NCBI GenBank assembly: GCA_963693365.1
Contig: CAVNZM010000003.1
Coordinates: 9,794,782-9,858,781, forward strand
Source of the DNA: Amoebidium appalachense
Lineage: Eukaryota; Protista; Ichthyosporea
DNA length: 64,000 nucleotides
Direction: 5' to 3'
The notes under the pieces were generated by a model. The model did not search any database. It was not told the origin of the DNA and saw only the letters and a list, made by a program, of their open reading frames with translations. Shown in pieces: positions 53,544 through 64,000 of the stretch (within the stretch, counting starts at the first letter, position 1; every line of letters begins with the position of its first letter). Position numbers and translations under genes: made by a program.

Positions 53544-54860
53544 ATTATTACCTTATCACGTTGCTCCCTCCCCTTTTTTCTTTTCACCTACACACTAGCT
53601 CTAAAAACAAGAACTGAACGAACGACGCCCACAGCCAGCTCTACAAAGCTGGTGCGCGGCTCACTCACATTTTTAGAACAGTGGAAAAGCCACCAATCAT
53701 ATCACCTATCTACTGATAACTACGGATCACTTCATAACTATACCTGATCTATATCCAATCACTAAAGATACATACGACTGAGCTTAACATTCTACCCGTT
53801 AGGGCCAATCAGCTTGCACCGCTATGTAGCCGTTACCGCCGACTGACCGAACACGTGTCATCTCTCACCGCTGCCTCCTCCCGCTCGAGAACAACATGCA
53901 TACGTGTGCTTTTTTGTCTTTTTTGTATGCAAATGATGTGCCAGTTTGACAATGTGTGTGCGTGTGCGTGTGTACGGTGTGTGTGTGTACACGCGCGGGC
54001 GTGTGTGAACTTGTGTGTGGGTGGGTGTGCCAGTGCCTCGAACGACTCGAGTCGTAGCGATCAAAGGTGATACTTCGTGATACATCCTACGCCAATCACA
54101 TAACGCTTAGGAATGCCCTTTTACCATAAGGGGTATATCCGGAGGTCTAAAGAGAACGGTGGTCATTCCAAGTTGAACAGGGGCAAAAAAAAGCTGATAC
54201 ATGAGCCGGGCACCGTATTGTAGTACTTTGTATATATGCACAACCTGTATATATTCTGTTGTCTCAATAAAAATAAGAAACGGACGGAGAAGGAAAATAT
54301 TTTTTTTAACTATTTTTTGTGTTACAGTAGTTACTTTCACATGACACACGATTTCTACACCCATGAACCAACCCGCCTTTACGTCATCACTCCGAGAAAG
54401 AGCAACGCATGGGAACGTTCAGTCAAGAACGTGAAACGCATGACACTTCCCCCCAACTTCAATGCCTGTTTCTTGCGAGTTTTCGTGGCCACATTGTAGC
54501 CTTCATTGCTCACGAAACGTTTCACATTCCAAGATTTGAAAAGTGCTGAGTGTGCACATATTCTGTAGTATTTTCCCTTTTGAAGTGAACGAGGCATTTA
54601 TGATACATTTGGCAGCAGCTAAACACTCTTTTGGCAAAGGGGAGGTCCTTGGCTCATGACATGCTTTCCCTTTTCACATCTGACATCACAATTCAGTTCC
54701 ACTGTCTGAACTACAGCCCACTTTCTCGTTGCAACAAGCAAAGGAAACAACACCGGTTTCGGTTGTGATTAGTTACAGCAGACAAGCTGGACAAGGACGA
54801 AATCTCTAAACGCAAGCCACGTCCTAAAACGAGAAACATCAGCCATTCCGTATTTACACG

Positions 54861-60280
<5,420 letters not shown>

Positions 60281-60485
60281 CGTCACTCGAGGGCTTTAAT
60301 CGGCTCCATTTCAAGAGATATACGGGTGTGCGCCTTCACGGTTCTGTAGACTAATATTAGATTGCGCGGTGGTCTTGAGGTGTTTGATAGACTAAAATTG
60401 TGGCGGTGTGGGTGTAAGAAGGAGCATGTTCTTTGGTGGTATTAATATAATTGTGGTGATGGTGGGTAGTCGAGAATGGAAAACT

Positions 60486-60524
<39 letters not shown>

Positions 60525-61597
60525 ATACGGCTTGTGGAATTTCGCCATGTGATATTTTTCCATTCCAAAGGGATGTGTGTTGTACATGTATGCATATAAA
60601 GTAGAAACAGACGTATGAATGTTTATTAGGCTCGTGGTTCTTACGGCCTTCCTTTCTGTACTCTCGTTTTTGTTTCTAGTTTAAATTCTTTTTCCGGAGG
60701 GAAGGGGGGGGGGGGGGGGGGGGGGGTTGACATACACACTGACTCGTATTATGGGCTTTTGTGTGCACTCGCACATACAAGGACATGCCCGTGCTGGTGC
60801 GCCGCACGCACGCACACACACATCCACACACACGTGCGCACACGCCCACGCACACAATCACTCACTCACACTAACACCGACTATTACACGATCAATCAAT
60901 ATTATTATAAGACGTATTTTTTCTCACACTCCCAATATTGCTTGCTCTCTACACGACTCGCTCACTCACTTTTTCTCACTCGCTTAAACATTGGAGAATC
61001 CTGAACACGCGCTTACACGAGTCTTAACACATCCGTACGCAACTCGAGATCTCGCTTGTAAGGGTTGTATCGTTGTTATTGTTTGACTGCAACATTTTTT
61101 GAGAGGAAGATGTTGAGTATTATTTCAATAAACCGAATATGCTTTGGAAGCAAGTGTTGTGAATCGCTCATGTCTTTCCTTTTCCGTCTTTGTGAACAGT
61201 GACCAAGATCTGCTACGAGCGCAGTTGGGGAGCTGCACGGTGTTTGATACCCTGCCACAGATGTACACGTGCCTGCTGCAACGTGTGTGTGTGTATTGAT
61301 GTGTGTGTGTGCGTGCGTGTTTCTGCTGTTATTCATGCATGGCCATGATGCATTGTTTGCACCAGAGACATTGGGGGGGGGGGGGGGGGGGAGGGGGGAG
61401 GGGGGGCATATGGCCAGCAAGGTATTGGCAACAAGTGAATGGGCTCTGATCAGACTCAGTGCTCGGAGATCCCAACGGGCGTAGATTTGCGCAGGCCCAA
61501 GGCTCAAGGTGGGTGGTGTGTGTGTGTGTGTGTGTGTGTATGCGTGTGCGTGTGTGTGTGTGTGTGTACGTGCGTGCGTGTGTGTGTACGTGCGTGC

Positions 61598-61652
<55 letters not shown>

Positions 61653-62034
61653 GGGGTGAGGGGTGGGGGGGTGGGAGGGGTTAAGGGGAGGATGGATGCC
61701 TAGCTAATAATACTATGATATTACGGTAAGCGATCAGTGCCATCATGGTTTCAAGTCAGTGATGTCCACCCGTAGTACAAACACAAATTAGTCAAGTAAT
61801 AGTTTAGTCGAAATTTGTTAGAATTGCTTATTACTAGTAGCATTAGAGAATGATTTCAATCTTTGGTTGCTATTCAGTTATAACGCATGTATGATGTGAT
61901 AATTTAAGTCACCTTTTGAGCATGAAGTTGAATTTTTTTTATAGTTTTGTGAAAGATCTAAGTCGCACCTGAGTATAGTATTCATTGTTGGTTTGAAACT
62001 TGAAAGTTTCAAGTGATCGAACAAGTGATCGAAC

Positions 62035-62104
<70 letters not shown>

Positions 62105-62652
62105 GGGGTTACTACCGGGTTTTAGACTCATCCAGATTTGTGAGCGTGAACCTGCATAATCATATATAGCATCATCTTGTTCATTACTGGCCGTGCGTTA
62201 TGTGATAATGAATGACTTTACAGTAGTAAACCCGCATCGGAGCATGCAAGAAGTTGTCCTCAACATGTGCACGATAACTACGTGTGATCAACTACCCACT
62301 GACTACTCAGACTACATTATGTACCTTCAACTTATTATCTCACTATAGAAGCCTACCTCCACCTTTTTAGTACCAACCATTTCTCTGTAAACAAGTCTTT
62401 AACCCCCTGTAGCTTACATCCGCCCTCCATATGCATCAACCGTTGAGTCACATGCCTCTGGGGACCGGGCAATATAATATAGCAAGGCAAGAAAAAACAT
62501 TCACATCAACTAAGTTTCACACACAAATTACCCTTAAACAACCACATCGTATGTACACATTAAAGTGCCTGCGCGTCTGAATAAAAGAACACACTGGGTT
62601 TAAAATTTCACAAGGTTAAGCAACGAGAAATCTGGCACATGTGTACACGACC

Positions 62653-62697
<45 letters not shown>

Positions 62698-63031
62698 TTC
62701 CCGTCCCCTCTCTTTTCCCCTGGGATGCCTGTCAAGGATTTACGAACATGATAACGGTTGTTCAAAAACTTTGCGAACATGCACCACAACCACTTTTTTT
62801 TTCGTTTGCAGGCTTTTCTTAAATGTTCCTTTTTTCCTTTTCCTTTTTCTCTCTCTGTGTGTGTGGGGGGGGGGGAGGAGGGGGCGGGGGGAAGGAAATA
62901 AAATGCTGGATTTTTATTGGTGGACGCCATCTGTGCAGGCATCAAAAGGTCACATTCAATGTAGAGCCATGCATGCTCGTTTTTAGCTCCAAAGTGCGTT
63001 AGCACACTTTCATGCCGGCCGGGCCAGTCAT

Positions 63032-63077
<46 letters not shown>

Positions 63078-63403
63078 TTCCCCCCTCCTCCTCCACCCCC
63101 TCCCCCCTGGTGGCACCCCCCCACCCCCTTCGTCCAATCCCCACTCTGTACTCCTCCCTGGTATTCTCCTGCTGGCGCCTCCTCTCATGCACTGCTATAT
63201 ATGGGTGAGCCAAACCAATGTGAAGGAGAGAAGCGCTATGATTCTCTACTATGTGTATTGACAGAACAAAGCGTGGACGAGTTTTACGGATATAATAAGA
63301 CAAGGCAGAATGATCTGCATTACACAATACCCCTCACCTCCCCCTCCCCACCCCCCCCCTTTGTCTGCCCCTCCCTCTCTTACTTTCTCTCGTTCTCTCC
63401 TCT

Positions 63404-63448
<45 letters not shown>

Positions 63449-63891
63449 TTAAAAATTCTCTCTCTCTTTCTCTCTTTCTCTCTCTCTCTCCTCCCTCCCC
63501 CCCCCCCCTCTCTCTCTGTGTGTGTGCGTCGGTCAATGGTGGTGGTATGTAGTGGTGGTGGTGGTGGAGTGTGCGTGCGCGCGCTCATGCACGTGTGCAT
63601 ACCAAATACTTCTTTCCTTGCAAAACTTCGGGTGGGCCGAGAGGGGAGGGGGGGGAGTAAGGGCTGAGGGGAGGGGGGAGGGGTGGAGGGGGAGAAGGGG
63701 GGGGGGGGGGGGGGGGGGGGGGAAGGGGGAGGGTAGATGAGAGGGGAGGAAGGGGGTGGGGGGGGGGGGGGTGGGGGGAGGAGGGAGGGATGGTGGTTCG
63801 AAATGTCTTTGTAGCTTTCGATCAATGCATCGGGTAAGTCATTTCACCAGTGAAATTTTTGATTTTTATTTAGTTTTTTTGGTGTTTGTGT

Positions 63892-63947
<56 letters not shown>

Positions 63948-64000
63948 GAGAGAGAGATAGAGGGAGAGAGATAGAGGGAGAGAGAGAGAGAGAGACCGAA

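Noticed and set aside
61400-63330. Possible exons of another gene (61410-61508, 62900-63032 on -, 63200-63325)
   Set aside because: No phase-consistent chain or recognisable domain could be built, so it is left uncalled.

Overview
Eukaryotic nuclear DNA dominated by microsatellites: poly-C/G, (CA)n and (CT)n. Almost all six-frame ORFs are repeat noise, and the real genes only appear after splicing. I assembled four intron-rich + strand genes by hand with consistent splice phases. (1) The 3' 15 exons of a probable GEMIN4 homologue (40-13623). (2) A complete 14-exon GH38 alpha-mannosidase of about 1075 aa with bacterial-looking sequence and one GC-AG intron (21617-36009). (3, 4) A tandem pair of small paralogues with an N-terminal hydrophobic anchor, a DEP domain and PY motifs (43945-48180 and 54861-60280). 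Mobile DNA includes a decayed LINE lacking its RT core (17896-20810, -), a gag-less tyrosine-recombinase retroelement whose RT, RNase H and YR are one base away from a single polyprotein (~49369-52903, -), and a 56-bp hAT-type micro-MITE with an 8-bp TSD. There is also a non-coding repeat family (4 copies) that always sits in poly-C tracts in the same orientation. Its predicted circle junction matches a motif in the 3' region of the YR element, which suggests a poly-C/G-targeting autonomous/non-autonomous pair (hypothesis). Many introns start with poly-C and end with (CA)n running into the AG. Homology calls come from remembered motifs, not database searches. The organism is not identified; the gene content hints at a unicellular opisthokont, which is inference only.
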